The translations under genes and the position numbers were made by a program. The notes under the pieces are model-generated. The model did not search any database. It was given only the letters and a program-made list of their open reading frames with translations, and was not told where the DNA came from. A DNA stretch of 58,403 nucleotides from Octopus bimaculoides (taxonomy: Eukaryota): assembly GCF_001194135.2 (NCBI RefSeq), contig NC_069000.1:32504834-32563236 (forward strand), read 5' to 3'. Numbering within the stretch: the first letter of the stretch is position 1; each line of letters opens with the position of its first letter. Below, in pieces: positions 12,965-25,400 of this stretch.

Positions 12965-14715
12965 CTAGACTGGTGACTGGCAGAATCAGCAAAGCTAGAA
13001 TGAAAATGACTTTGGGGTATTCAGTTAAATTTCTTTACATTCTGAGATCAAATCAAGCTAAATATGGTGTTGTCTTATCAAGCTTCCTTGCTTAAGTACC
13101 GGAATATATTCTGCTACAGTTCACCCATCATTCGTAAAGCATACGTAAATCGTTATGTCCGCGTTACGATATGTTCGATTGTCTCTGTCACGTTATGTTC
13201 GAGTGTCGAACATAAGGCGTATAGCCTTTAGTTACGTGCCATCAGAATATGAGTTAAAAGCCAATCAAAGTCAACCTTGCTTTTCAGCCTTCCAAGTTTA
13301 ACAGCGGATGTGGAGAGTGAATTATATCAACAATATCCTTTACGTCCATGTAGTGCCTGAAAACGTTTCTTTAGTTAAGAACAACCATTATTATTAATGC
13401 TGTTTATAAAGCAGCGAGCTGGCTGAGACATTAGCACATAGGCAAACACCTGGTGGCATTTCGTCTGTGCTTACGTTCTGAGTTCAAATTCTGTCCAGGT
13501 CAGCTTTGCCTTTCATCATTTTAGGGGTCGATACATTAAGCAACAGTCGAGCACTGGGGGTCGATGTAACCGACTTATCACTTCCCCTAAAATTTCAGGC
13601 CTTCTGCCTAGAAGAGAAAGGGGTATTGATACCGTTTAAAAGTCGGTGAGGTGGCAGAATCGTTAGCACACGGTCCAAAATACTTAGCGGCATTTACCCT
13701 TCCTTGATATTGCTGGCCTTGTCCCGAAATTTAAACCATTTCTAATATTGCTTATAAAGCGGTGAGGTGGCAGAATCGTTAGCATGCTGGGAAAGATGCT
13801 TAGCAGCATTTCGTCCGTCTGTAACTTCTGAGTTCAAATGCCACCGAAGTCGACTTTACCTTACATCCTTCCAGAGTCAATAAAATAAGTAGCAGTTGAA
13901 TTCTGGGGCCATGTAATCGATTTGCTCCCGCCCCACCACAATTTAGGCGTTGTGCCTATAGCAGAAAGGATTATTTGTCCTAGAATCTGTAGAGTATCGA
14001 ATAAAATGTCATGCGATATCTTTTTTTTCCTGTTTTTTAAGTTCTGAATTCAATTCACTCTGGAGTCCAATTTACATTTCGTCCTTCCCGGTTCGAATAA
14101 CATAAGGTGTCAATCAAGTGTTGAGATCAATGGTACTGACTGCTCTGCATCCCATTAAAATTATTGTCCTTGTTCCTAAATTAGAAATTACTATTTTTAT
14201 TAAGGTAGTAAATTGGCAGTGCTGTCAGCGCATCTAAAAGGAATCTTTAGCGACATTTCTACCGGTTCTTTACATTCTAGGTTCAAATCACGCCGAGGTT
14301 AACTTTATCCCACATTTCATTGAGGTCGATAAAATGAGATACAAATGAAGTACAAGGGACAATGTAATCAAGTAACCCAAACCCAACTCACTCTCAAAAA
14401 CAATTCAGACCTTCCGTTTATTGTAGAAAGGGTGGTTATCTTGATTATTATTATTATATTTAAGGTGGGGAGCTGGCAGAATCGTTAGCGCGCTGGATGA
14501 AATACTTAGCGCTATTTCGCCTGTTGCTACGTTGAGTTCAAATTCCGCCGAGGTGGACTTTTCATCCTTCGGATTCGATAAATTAAGCACCAGTGTAACA
14601 CTTTCATCCTTCCGGGGTCAATAAAATAAGTTCCAGTTACGCACTGGAGTCGATGTAATCGACAGTCCCCTTCCCGCCAAAACTTTCCAGGCCTTGTGCT
14701 AAGAGTAGAAATAAT
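12965..14715 (+). mobile_element. Head-to-tail train of at least 7 SINE family A copies
   Basis: Starts near 12965, 13408, 13640, 13756, ~13981, 14201 and 14461. All are on the + strand and mutually diverged. Confidence 0.88.
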
Positions 14716-15949
14716 AATTATTATTTATTATCACCATTACCATCCCAGATATTAATTAATTCAGGGGTCATTCTCAACATTTTGATTAATGTTTTAGCTT
14801 CATCGATTCCTATTATTTTTACTTTGTAATTATGTGAGTTCACGCACTTTATCATAGTTGTTGGTGTTATGTTTGATAGTGGCTTTCTTGTGGTTGTAAT
14901 CATCATCATCGTCATTTCTTCTGCCGCTGCTGCTGTAATTGTTGTTGTTATTGTTATTGTTGTTGTTTAGTCGCCTTTTCAGCTCCGATCAAAGCCATTT
15001 TCAACTATAACCATTTTGTCCTATTTAAACATCAGGGATTTCATTGACGAATATTCCCTACTTTCTTAAAAATAATACCGTGTAATATGAATAGGATTTG
15101 GATGCTATTTGTAAGATGCTTTGTTTTCGTAATAATTATCCCTAACGTTGTTTTGGATGCTTTTGCTCCTTTTACTACATCTGTTCTTAGAGATATTTCT
15201 TTTGATTTTGCTTAAAAATTCACTGCAATAATTTTGTTATTGTTGTTGTTCCTTAAAGTATTATCCCTTGTTTCCTTGATTAAAGAACTGTTATTCTTAT
15301 TCTTGTTAATGTTATTAATGAGGTTATGTATTTTTTTAAATCGCTAATTTTATTAAGCTACTTTTCTTATTTTGATTTTAGCTATTATTTGAGTTATCAT
15401 TTCTTAGAATACGACTTAAGGGGTAGTTGTTGTGGTTGGTGTGGTTGTTGTGGTTATTCTGCTTGTAGTTGCCGCTGTTATAGCTGAAATTGCAATTATG
15501 GCTCTATTTCATCAATAAATGTTATAATTATTATAATTATCAGAATTATAATAATTATGACGATAATAACTTCATTAAAAGAAGTCAGCTGTTATTTCCT
15601 GTTCTCCCAATACAACTCAGCAACAACAAATAATAAGAACAATAAAACTAACAATGAATATAATGAGTCATATATTTATAGATATTATTACATACATACA
15701 CACACACAACACACACATACACATTGTATACGAGAGATGGTCAAAGGAAGTAGCATTCTACTCTGTAGGTAGGAATTAGATATAATTTTTAATGTCAGTT
15801 TGATTCCGCTCCATGCAACATATAAGCTCGTTGGTGTGTAGAAGGGGCCTATCTTGCGTCAGGCATATAGGTTCATTCTACGAACCAAGAAAGCCTGAGA
15901 TTGCATAGAATAGTTATTTGATATTAAAATCCACCCACTGTTGTCAATT

Positions 15950-16109
15950 GGCGCAGGCGTGGCTGTGTAGTAAGAAGTTTGCTTCACAACCACATGGTTC
16001 CGGGTTCAGTCCCATTGCGTGGCCCCTTGGGCAAGTGTCTTTTACTATAATCTCGGACCGACCAAAGCCGTGCGAGCGGATTTGGTAGACGGAAACAGAA
16101 ATAAGACTG

Positions 16110-16144
<35 letters not shown>

Positions 16145-16330
16145 TTGTGTGTCTGTGTCTGTGTTTGAATCACTTGCAAACCAATGTTGGTGTACTTACA
16201 TCCCAGTAACTTAGCAGTTCGGCAAAAGAGGTGGATAGAATAAGTACTAGGCTTACAAAGAATAAGTCTTTAAGACGGTGCTCCAGCATGGCTGCAATCA
16301 TATGACTGAAACAAGTAAAAGAGTAAGAGA
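15950..16330 (+). mobile_element. tRNA-derived SINE family B (CORE-like block) with internal (TA)n
   Basis: Head ggcgcaggcgtggctgtgt.gtaag...gggttcagtccc, then ccttgggcaagtgtctt, internal (TA)n, and 3' body ...ggtgctccagcatggctgca...gaaacaagtaaaaga. Confidence 0.88.
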
Positions 16331-17602
16331 GTATATGAAGGATTCACTTTCGAAGATCAGATCAAAGGTGGAATATACCTGTCCGGAAAACCATGCTGTG
16401 GATGGATATTTTGAAGGCACGCGATTGGAGATAAAACAACGTAGCCATTTAAGAAGCCTACCGATCAATCTCTCGTGAAATCGCCTCCCGCGACTTCGTT
16501 ACGACTTTTTTCACAGCGTCAACAAACTTGATGTGATAATATCTCACCTCCAACAACAGAGAGCAGTCGCCTTTTATGTTTCTGCTTTAACATCCTTGCA
16601 AGTAGAGGCTCGTGCATCAAATAGCCAGCTTTATATCAAATATCCAGTGGTCTAATATCCGGTGGAAAACCGATTGGAAAGATCAGGTATGATGGATTTA
16701 TAATATATGAGTTATATATCCACTCTATTCACAAATAAACGAATGTGTATTTGCTCTTACTTATGAATTCCTAGACGTATATAGCATACGTGTGTATGTG
16801 TTTTGTATGTGAATGTATACATGCTTATATTGGTCTCTTATATGTACGACTCTATTATTCTTCTACGACTCTATTATTCTTCTCATTCTTTCTTTCTTTC
16901 TATCAGCCCCTTCACACTTACTTCGTTCTTTCCACTCTTCTTTCTTTCGTTCCCCCTCTCTCACATTTCCTGGCTTTCTCTTCATCCTCACCTTCCCTCC
17001 CCTTTCATTTCATTTTGTCCCTTTTTTTCTCGGCCCTCCCCCTAATTCTTCTATCCCTTTGCCTCTATCTCTCTCTCTCTCTCTCTGTTCTCTCTCCACA
17101 TGACCGGTGTTCGGTCAAGCCTGGCCTTTCTTTCTTGGCTCGACTACCATCTGTTATGTCCATCTGTTATGACTCTGCCATAAAGCTTCACTTCCACACG
17201 CCAGCTTAATTTAATTTGTCCTTAGTCGAAAAGCGCCTGTTGTTAATGCCCTTCATTTGCATATGTATTTGTGTACCATTTCTCTGTCTTTTCCGTCCTT
17301 GTTTTTGTATACATTCGCTGCTTTCTTCCAAGGAATCTAATGCTCTTAGCTTAGTTTTTCCTTGGGGCTGACCAGATTGGGTCAATCTCGAATATAACCA
17401 GCCGAAATTGCAAGGATAATCTGGATCTCGACTGAAGAAAGAAAACTCCGAATGACCCGTCCTTGTTTTTTTTTTTGTTTTTTGTTTTTTGTATCGTCTG
17501 TCTGGATGTTTTGTTGCCCTTTTTTTGTATCATCTGTCTGGATGTCTTGCGTTTTTGTCCCATTTTTGGTATTACTTTTTTATACAGATAAAATATATAT
17601 AC

Positions 17603-17628
17603 ACATATCTATCTATCTATCTATCTAC

Positions 17629-17669
<41 letters not shown>

Positions 17670-17696
17670 AATCTACCTATCTATCTATCTATCTAC

Positions 17697-17748
<52 letters not shown>
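17603..17748. repeat. (ATCT)n microsatellite; a (GATA)n/(GACA)n tract lies at ~18680-18790
   Basis: Direct reading. Confidence 0.97.
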
Positions 17749-17750
<2 letters not shown>

Positions 17751-17809
17751 CACTACGCTGAATATACAAGCATGCATTCAGACATACATGCGTACACTCA
17801 TACATACAT

Positions 17810-18020
17810 TCTTTTATTCTTTTATTTGTTTCAGACTGAGGCCATGCTGGAGCACCGCTTTTAGTCGAGCGAGTCGACCCTAGGACTTATTCTTAATAAG
17901 CCTAGAACTTATTCTATCGTTCATTTTTGCCGAACCGCTAAGTTACAGGGACGCAAACACTCCAGCAACGGTTGTAAAGTGATGTGGGGTGGGCACAAAC
18001 AGAGACACACGCACGCACGC

Positions 18021-18063
<43 letters not shown>

Positions 18064-18245
18064 GATATAGATATGTAGATATACGACGGGTTTCTTTTAG
18101 TTTCCGTCTACCAAATCCAGTCACAAGGCTTTGGTCACCCGAAGCTATAGTTGAAGACACTTACCCAAGGTGCAACGCAGTGGGACTGAGCCCAGAACCG
18201 TGTGGTTGGTAAGCAAGCTGCTTGCCACACAACCACCCCAGCGCC
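17810..18245 (-). mobile_element. tRNA-derived SINE family B with internal (CA)n/(TA)n
   Basis: Full reverse-complement copy of the 15950 family. Confidence 0.9.
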
Positions 18246-18397
18246 AATACATACATACATACACATATGTATATATATTTATATTAATGTTTACTTTTAT
18301 ATTCAGTTATAATAAAATCTATTTGGCATTAATCTGATGAGTTACACTACAATTTTGTATTGTACAAACTTATTCTTAAACAAGAATGTTGATGAAA

Positions 18398-18461
18398 GTG
18401 ACTTCGGAGTTTCTGCCTGCTAAGCCGATGTTGGATTAGCTGGCAGAAACTTCGAAGTCAC
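18398..18461 (+). ncRNA. 64-nt pre-miRNA-like hairpin (candidate only)
   Basis: 20-bp stem whose only deviation is a G.U pair on the + strand, then a U/U mismatch, 5 more bp and a 12-nt loop. No expression evidence. Confidence 0.35.
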
Positions 18462-18717
18462 AATCTACCATATCCTTGCTTAATATATATATATATATAT
18501 ATATATACAGAGAGAGAGAGAGAGAGAGAGAAGTGAGAGAGAGACGTGTGTGTGTGTGTGTGTGTATTTGTGCGTGCATGTGCGTGAAATAAACAACGTG
18601 CGCACAAACACATACGTAAGTTCACACACACGCATATATGCATGTAGATGGACAGACAGACGTACAGAGAGAGCGAAACAGACAGACATATAGATAGATA
18701 GATAGATAGATACATAC

Positions 18718-18792
<75 letters not shown>

Positions 18793-19167
18793 GGAAGAGC
18801 GTTTAGAATATGAAGATTTTACAACAATACCCAGCATGAATAAGTTTAGTATTTCCCGTTCCTATTTTGCCAGAGGAGACCACACAGATTTTATGTACAA
18901 CCACAGCAACACATGCATGCGCACCCCACATACGCACGTAAACACACACACACATGTGGAACACTCACTCAGGCACACAGGCATACACACACATACACAC
19001 ACATACACACACATACACACTTACATGCATATATCTATCCTATAATGCGCGAACCGATAATCCCAATTTACTGATTACTTCCCGATTACATCAGCTTTGT
19101 TAAGACACACCTCGTATATCCTCACGTCTCTCTGACTTTATCTCTCTCTCCTTCTCTGTTTGTCTGT

Positions 19168-19207
<40 letters not shown>

Positions 19208-19422
19208 ACGTGATGCCTATTCAATCATTTTCATTTCATAACAAAGCTTCCGCCACCTTATTCTATACTTTCCTTAAACATTCACAAACACACATTGATA
19301 TAATCATAAGATATATGAGTATGTTTGTGCGCAAATAATTTCATACACTTCTGCGTGTGTATGCGACATCTCTTGGTTAACGATGCACAGCTGTATCCGA
19401 TAATATTGCGAGCAGAAGAGCG

Positions 19423-20129
19423 NNNNNNNNNNNNNNNNNNNNNNNNNNNNNNNNNNNNNNNNNNNNNNNNNNNNNNNNNNNNNNNNNNNNNNNNNNNNNN
19501 NNNNNNNNNNNNNNNNNNNNNNNNNNNNNNNNNNNNNNNNNNNNNNNNNNNNNNNNNNNNNNNNNNNNNNNNNNNNNNNNNNNNNNNNNNNNNNNNNNNN
19601 NNNNNNNNNNNNNNNNNNNNNNNNNNNNNNNNNNNNNNNNNNNNNNNNNNNNNNNNNNNNNNNNNNNNNNNNNNNNNNNNNNNNNNNNNNNNNNNNNNNN
19701 NNNNNNNNNNNNNNNNNNNNNNNNNNNNNNNNNNNNNNNNNNNNNNNNNNNNNNNNNNNNNNNNNNNNNNNNNNNNNNNNNNNNNNNNNNNNNNNNNNNN
19801 NNNNNNNNNNNNNNNNNNNNNNNNNNNNNNNNNNNNNNNNNNNNNNNNNNNNNNNNNNNNNNNNNNNNNNNNNNNNNNNNNNNNNNNNNNNNNNNNNNNN
19901 NNNNNNNNNNNNNNNNNNNNNNNNNNNNNNNNNNNNNNNNNNNNNNNNNNNNNNNNNNNNNNNNNNNNNNNNNNNNNNNNNNNNNNNNNNNNNNNNNNNN
20001 NNNNNNNNNNNNNNNNNNNNNNNNNNNNNNNNNNNNNNNNNNNNNNNNNNNNNNNNNNNNNNNNNNNNNNNNNNNNNNNNNNNNNNNNNNNNNNNNNNNN
20101 NNNNNNNNNNNNNNNNNNNNNNNNNNNNN
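19423..20129. other. Assembly gap; further gaps at 32102-32849, 35992-36456, 46633-46663, 47771-48168 and 54253-54763
   Basis: Runs of N. Most abut a (TA)n tract on at least one side. Confidence 0.99.
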
Positions 20130-20837
20130 ATATATATATATATATACATATATACATACTTATTCTTGTATTTGAAGGTTTGGAGGTGATGTACAAGTAT
20201 TATATATTAGAAAAAATAAGGTACTCAGAGATCTGGATGGTTGTACATTTACAGATTTTTATTTATATGTCACATGTTCTTATACATCATATATTAGCGC
20301 TTGCATCTATTCTAGTAGAATCTCCAGAAAACGGGAGAGGTATGCAGTGATATATGTGTAGAAGAAGCTAAATGGGCTGATACCAAACTTTGGGATTGAG
20401 AGTTATACCAGACCTCGAATTGTACGTCCCTGCACTGTTCCAAATGTCTCAGTTGTCTCATCTAAGGTCAGGACCATGTAGTGCGATAGCTGGGATTCAA
20501 GGGCCCATAGCCATTTAACGCCTTTCCAAAACATCTGTGGGATCTCTATGCTGTCAAAATCTCAAAACCAATATTCAGGTAGGAAACTGAAAAGAGGGCA
20601 GCAGTATCGAACTCCTTCCTTCACCAAAAGCCAATCACATAAAATTGACCAATTAAAGGGTGATTACACTGGAGGTGCCGCAGCATGGCCACAGTTTTAG
20701 GGCTGAAACGCATAATAGAATAACAGAATATGCATGTATACATATACATAGAAGTTTACATTTAGGTATATGTATTTACATATAAATATATGTGCATATA
20801 TATATACTTATATATTTACGTACACGCACACACATAT

Positions 20838-20945
20838 GTATGTATATATTCATATGTATATATTCATATGTATATATTCATATGTATATATTCATATGTA
20901 TATATTCATATGTATATATTCATGTATGTATATATTCATATGTGT
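20838..20945. repeat. 14-bp minisatellite (catatgtatatatt), about 7 copies
   Basis: Direct reading. Confidence 0.9.
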
Positions 20946-21339
20946 GTGGGTGTGCGCGTCCGTATGTGTATGAGCCGCGTGTGTGTGTGTTTGTATGTAT
21001 GTATGTACGTGTTTACATACATTTGATATGATATCAGGTAATGTCATATTGTATCAAGTAATGAATTTTTTAATCGTAAATTCACCTCTTACTTGCTAAT
21101 ACTCCACACTGCTGAACGGAATGCAACAAGTTATGAATGACCTATGAATGACCACTTTTAAGATATTATTTTTGTTAGTTCTTCAAAGTGGAATAAGCGT
21201 GAAGCTAACGATAAATATGTGTTTTTATTGGATTGTGACACTCTGAGATTTGTCTTTTATGTTGGAACCATATACTGCAATAAATCTCTCTACAATATTC
21301 TATAACCAAAGGGCGTAGTTATCGTTTTATATCAAAGAA

Positions 21340-21477
21340 TTTCGGAAGCTCATTTCAAACCCACGCAATTTCCGGTCGTGTGTCACTGTGCGGCACGTTG
21401 GGCAAGTGTCTTCTATTATAACCCCGGCCAGATCAATAAGTGAATTTGCCTATCGGTAACAGTATGGAATCCTGTGT

Positions 21478-21478
<1 letters not shown>
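21340..21478 (+). mobile_element. SINE family B head fragment
   Basis: cacgttgggcaagtgtcttctattataaccccggcc, followed by (CA)n. Confidence 0.65.
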
Positions 21479-21535
<57 letters not shown>

Positions 21536-22749
21536 CACACACACAGACACTCACAAGAACATACACACACATACATATAAATTTTTTGTACGATATATGA
21601 ACTTAACCCTGTCGTACTCACAAAATAGCTCATTTACTGCACCAGGCTACAAACAATACAGTAAACCTATACAGAGGCGTATAACGTATAATCATATGTA
21701 GTTAAAATCCAGTAAGTCTAATTGTTAATGATTATTGCATCATCATAAAACATAAAACCAGGAGGTGTCAGATAAATATATTGATTTCATTTTATTTCAC
21801 CAGTTCACATCCATGAGATTACGATCATTCCTCAGTCAACGTCATGGGAAAATAATTTATTTTAGAAGTATTAGTGTATATGTTGTAAATTATTTAGTAC
21901 TACTATACAATATACAAGGTAATACAGGTAAAGAAGATCAGCTCTTCAGATCATAAAATATCATGGTTACATATATTCTTTAACTCAATATATACTTACA
22001 AAGCGAGAAAGTCATCATATGGAGACGACAACATATATACTAGTACAGAAAACCCAAATAGTTTATTATACACTAAAATAAAGCATTTTTTCTATGATGG
22101 CTGCAAAAGTATCTTAATCTTATAGATATGAATTGGTACAATAAATATATTCATCTCATACCTCCTAACCTTATATTTCATATATAGGTGCATATCTGCA
22201 TGCGATTTTTGGAGATTCACGGCAGTATTTTAAGGGTCAATGAAAAATTGTGCTTTAGATGTATTTATTGCCCCCACCACCACCACCACCACCACTAAAA
22301 AAAAAGAAAAAGGTTTACACGGATCACCATGTTTCCAGTCACAGAAATATGTTCACTCAGAGAGGGCTATTTCAAACCCGCACAAGTTAATTTGTAAAAA
22401 AAAAACAAAAGAGAAATTTTGAAAGCAGTGTCTATAAATCTTTTAAAACATCAAATGGCTATGTGGGTTCACCATCGTAAAAAAGTAATCAAAGAGGACC
22501 GTAGGTAAAAAATTGGTTCAGAACTAGAGTAAAACCTTGAAGGTAATGCCCCAGCATGGTCGCAGTCCAGTGATTCAAACAAGTAATAATAAACATTAAA
22601 AGTTATATTAAGACGTGAGGTCAAATGGTAGAGTGACTAATGGTGATCCTCTCAGTCAGGAACAACCGATTGGCTGTGGGTTGGCAAGGCGAAAACATCA
22701 AAGCAGCCAGAGGACATAAAAGGGAATAAGCTATTTTTTGGTAAGCATT

Positions 22750-23555
22750 TCTTTATATTTTACTTGACAGCAGCCATACTGGGGTACTGTTTTCATGTGG
22801 TGTAGTCGAACAAATCAACCCCTGACTTATTTTGTTTTAAGCCTAGTACATATTATATCCGTAAGTTTGGCCGAACTGCTAAGACACGTGCACGAAATCA
22901 CAGCAACATCTGTAATAAAGACACACACCCATAGATATATATACATACACACACACACACACACACACATACACACACACACACCTCCCCCAGACACTTG
23001 ATGTAGGCTTCCGTGTTCAGTCTGAGGCCGTGTGAGATGAATGGAGGCATAACGTCGCCATCACTAGTGATCACTCCAAACACGGGATGTTGACTGGATG
23101 TTTGATTTTTATCACTGTCGGTACATGCACTGTCTCAGATTAACACCCAATCACTCTGAAATGTTTGTGTCGGAGCTTCTGGCGCAAATGCCAGGCAGTA
23201 CAGCATGTCGTTCCCAAATTTCTAGCAGAGTGAATTATGTCATGGTGCTGTTTTTATTTTTCACAGACGGTGCCCAATTGACCCTACTATACTGTGCAGT
23301 TGACAAAATCAAAAGCAAGCAATGCACATGCGCAAAATTAAAAATATAAAATGGTGACAATTTACTCATCATCTACTGTATATATATATAATACGAGCTG
23401 CTTTCAGTTTCCGTCTACCAAGTCTACTCACAAAGTTTTGGCCGGCCCGAGGCTATAGTAGAAGACACTTGCCCATGGTGCCACGCAGTGGGACCGAACT
23501 TGGATGTATGTGATTATGAAGTAAGCTTCTTACCATAAACCTAGGCCTGGGCCTA
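22750..23555 (-). mobile_element. SINE family B split by a mariner fragment at its internal microsatellite
   Basis: 3' body at 22750-22920 and head at 23385-23555; the mariner fragment 22985-23380 lies between them. Confidence 0.8.
22985..23380 (-). mobile_element. Internally deleted mariner-like fragment (5' TIR, HTH start, mid-transposase)
   Basis: Encodes FGVITSDGDVMPPFI.HGLRLNTEAYIKCL. 5' end tacagtagatgatgagtaaattgtcaccattttatattt is shared with the copy at 48222. Confidence 0.85.
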
Positions 23556-24479
23556 TGCATCATTTTTACAAGTAGCATCAGTCATGCATTGGATCATTAG
23601 TGTTGACTATGCTACTCACGTGTAAAAAGCATATTATGAGGCATAGAGCGACACAGAGGAGGATAAGAGAATGCGGTGGAGAAAAAGAGAGATACTGTAC
23701 ACACTGCCGAAGTGGTATGTCTTGAAATACTGAATATGATGACGTAAGCAATTCTGCGGTCCCTACGAATTACCGGACAGCAGAATTCCCTTTTCATTAC
23801 GATTTTATTAAAGCTGGAAGTCTTTGAGTTAGCCGCTATCTCTTCACCTCTGGAGTAAATAATTCAATATTTCTCTCCTCCCCTTTCTTCCTCACTCTTC
23901 ACCTTTCTCTCTGTCTCTGGCTCTCTCTTTCTCACTCTCTCTTATTCTGTTATTGTCTCTTTTTTCGCTCCGTCTCATTTTCTATGTCTTTCATTTTCTA
24001 CTCCACCTTCCCCTTATTTTCTTTCTTTCTTTCTTTCTCTCTCCCTCCCTGACATCCTCCGTCCCTTCTTTCTCTCTCTCTCCCTTTCTCTCTCCCCACC
24101 GCGTCTGTTTCTCTGCTAATATCTTTCTCGAATCACACCAATCACTAGATCTGAGCCGAAAGTTGATTAGATTTCAAAAGACCTTCCGCCACCGACGCTC
24201 TCTCACCAAAAATTAAATACAAAAACGACGACGACGAAAACAACAACAACAGCAAAAACAACAACAACAACAACGATGATGATGCTGATGATGATGTGTG
24301 CTCGTGAAAGCAAATCTGGTAAATGTCGTGTACAGAGATAAATTGAACATGTCAGCTGTCCTCTCAGCATTTGATTTACAGTAGTTAATTATTTGGCAGC
24401 TCTGCTAAACCTCAGCTATGATTGCTTTAGACGTTTAACAATCCTCGCACGCTTTGAGCGTGTGAGGTGTCAAACATCG

Positions 24480-24698
24480 TCATGTTCGTCGACGTTCGTT
24501 GTCATCCACCACTTCCTCTTCCTCCTCCAAGTTACCAGCATCATCATCATCATCATCATCATTGTCGACTTCGCTGCCACCGACATCTTCGTCATCATAT
24601 TCACCATCGTCAACATTATCTTCCAAACACCACTACCACTACCATCGCCGTCGTCGTCGTCGTTGTCGTCGTCGTTGTCGTCGTCGTCATCATCATCG

Positions 24699-24734
<36 letters not shown>

Positions 24735-25000
24735 CCATCATTGTCGTCGTCTTCGCCACCACTAACACTGCCTTTTAATTATCACTACTATACCGTCACC
24801 TCCACCCACCATTGTCATCGCTGCCACTTCTACCATCATCAGAAGCAGCAGCATCGGCAGCACTTGCAACACCACTTGTACCACCAGCACCACCGCCACC
24901 ACCACCACCATCCTTATCATTATTGCTACTACATCATTACCACCCTTATCATATTTCCACTACCACCACCAGCAAAACCACTATCATCATCGTCATCATT
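24480..25000. repeat. Compound and cryptic trinucleotide tract (CAT/CGT/CAC)
   Basis: Direct reading. Similar tracts lie at ~30270-30420 and ~39040-39330. Confidence 0.9.
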
Positions 25001-25400
25001 ATTAATCGTCCTATTTGTTCACTTAATTAAACAGAATCAGAAATCAGTATATTATCAAGCAAGGCACCTATTTAGCTTTAAGAAGATTATCGATAAAATG
25101 CATTACGAATGAATTCCCACTTTGGCCTAATGGAGAGAATCTCCTGAAATGTAAGCAACATAGTCGATTGATTCGATTCGTATATGACTGGTATGTAATT
25201 TAAGCATCCCTCGACAGTCGACTGAAGTGCAATTTCAAATCTGAGATTTAAGGCATGGCAGTTTTACTTTATTTGAGATCGTGTATTGAAACTGGAAATA
25301 TTCCTTCATTATGTAATAAATCACAGATTAGAAGTTAATTACTCGGAAAGATAAATGTATAGCTAATGACAAAACAAATGGAAAAGCTTAAAGAAAATAT

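Noticed and set aside
17205-17431. Open minus frame RDPDYPCNFGWLY... after a pyrimidine-rich acceptor
   Set aside because: No convincing donor or homology, and the phase does not fit the candidate upstream exons.
18319-18372. CTGATGA followed by a stem and AAAC (hammerhead-like)
   Set aside because: Lacks the G of GAAA, a GUH cleavage triplet and stem I.
19282-20350. Long ORFs (170-350 aa) across N runs, also at 31840-33015, 35876-36565, 47652-48240 and 54076-54890
   Set aside because: They are open only because N codons translate as X.
24393-25112. 239-aa ORF and overlapping His/Ser/Ile-rich ORFs
   Set aside because: Trinucleotide simple repeat open in several frames, with no synonymous-bias signal or splice context. 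The same applies to 27524-27973, 7393-7653, 39217-39426 and 50029-50647.
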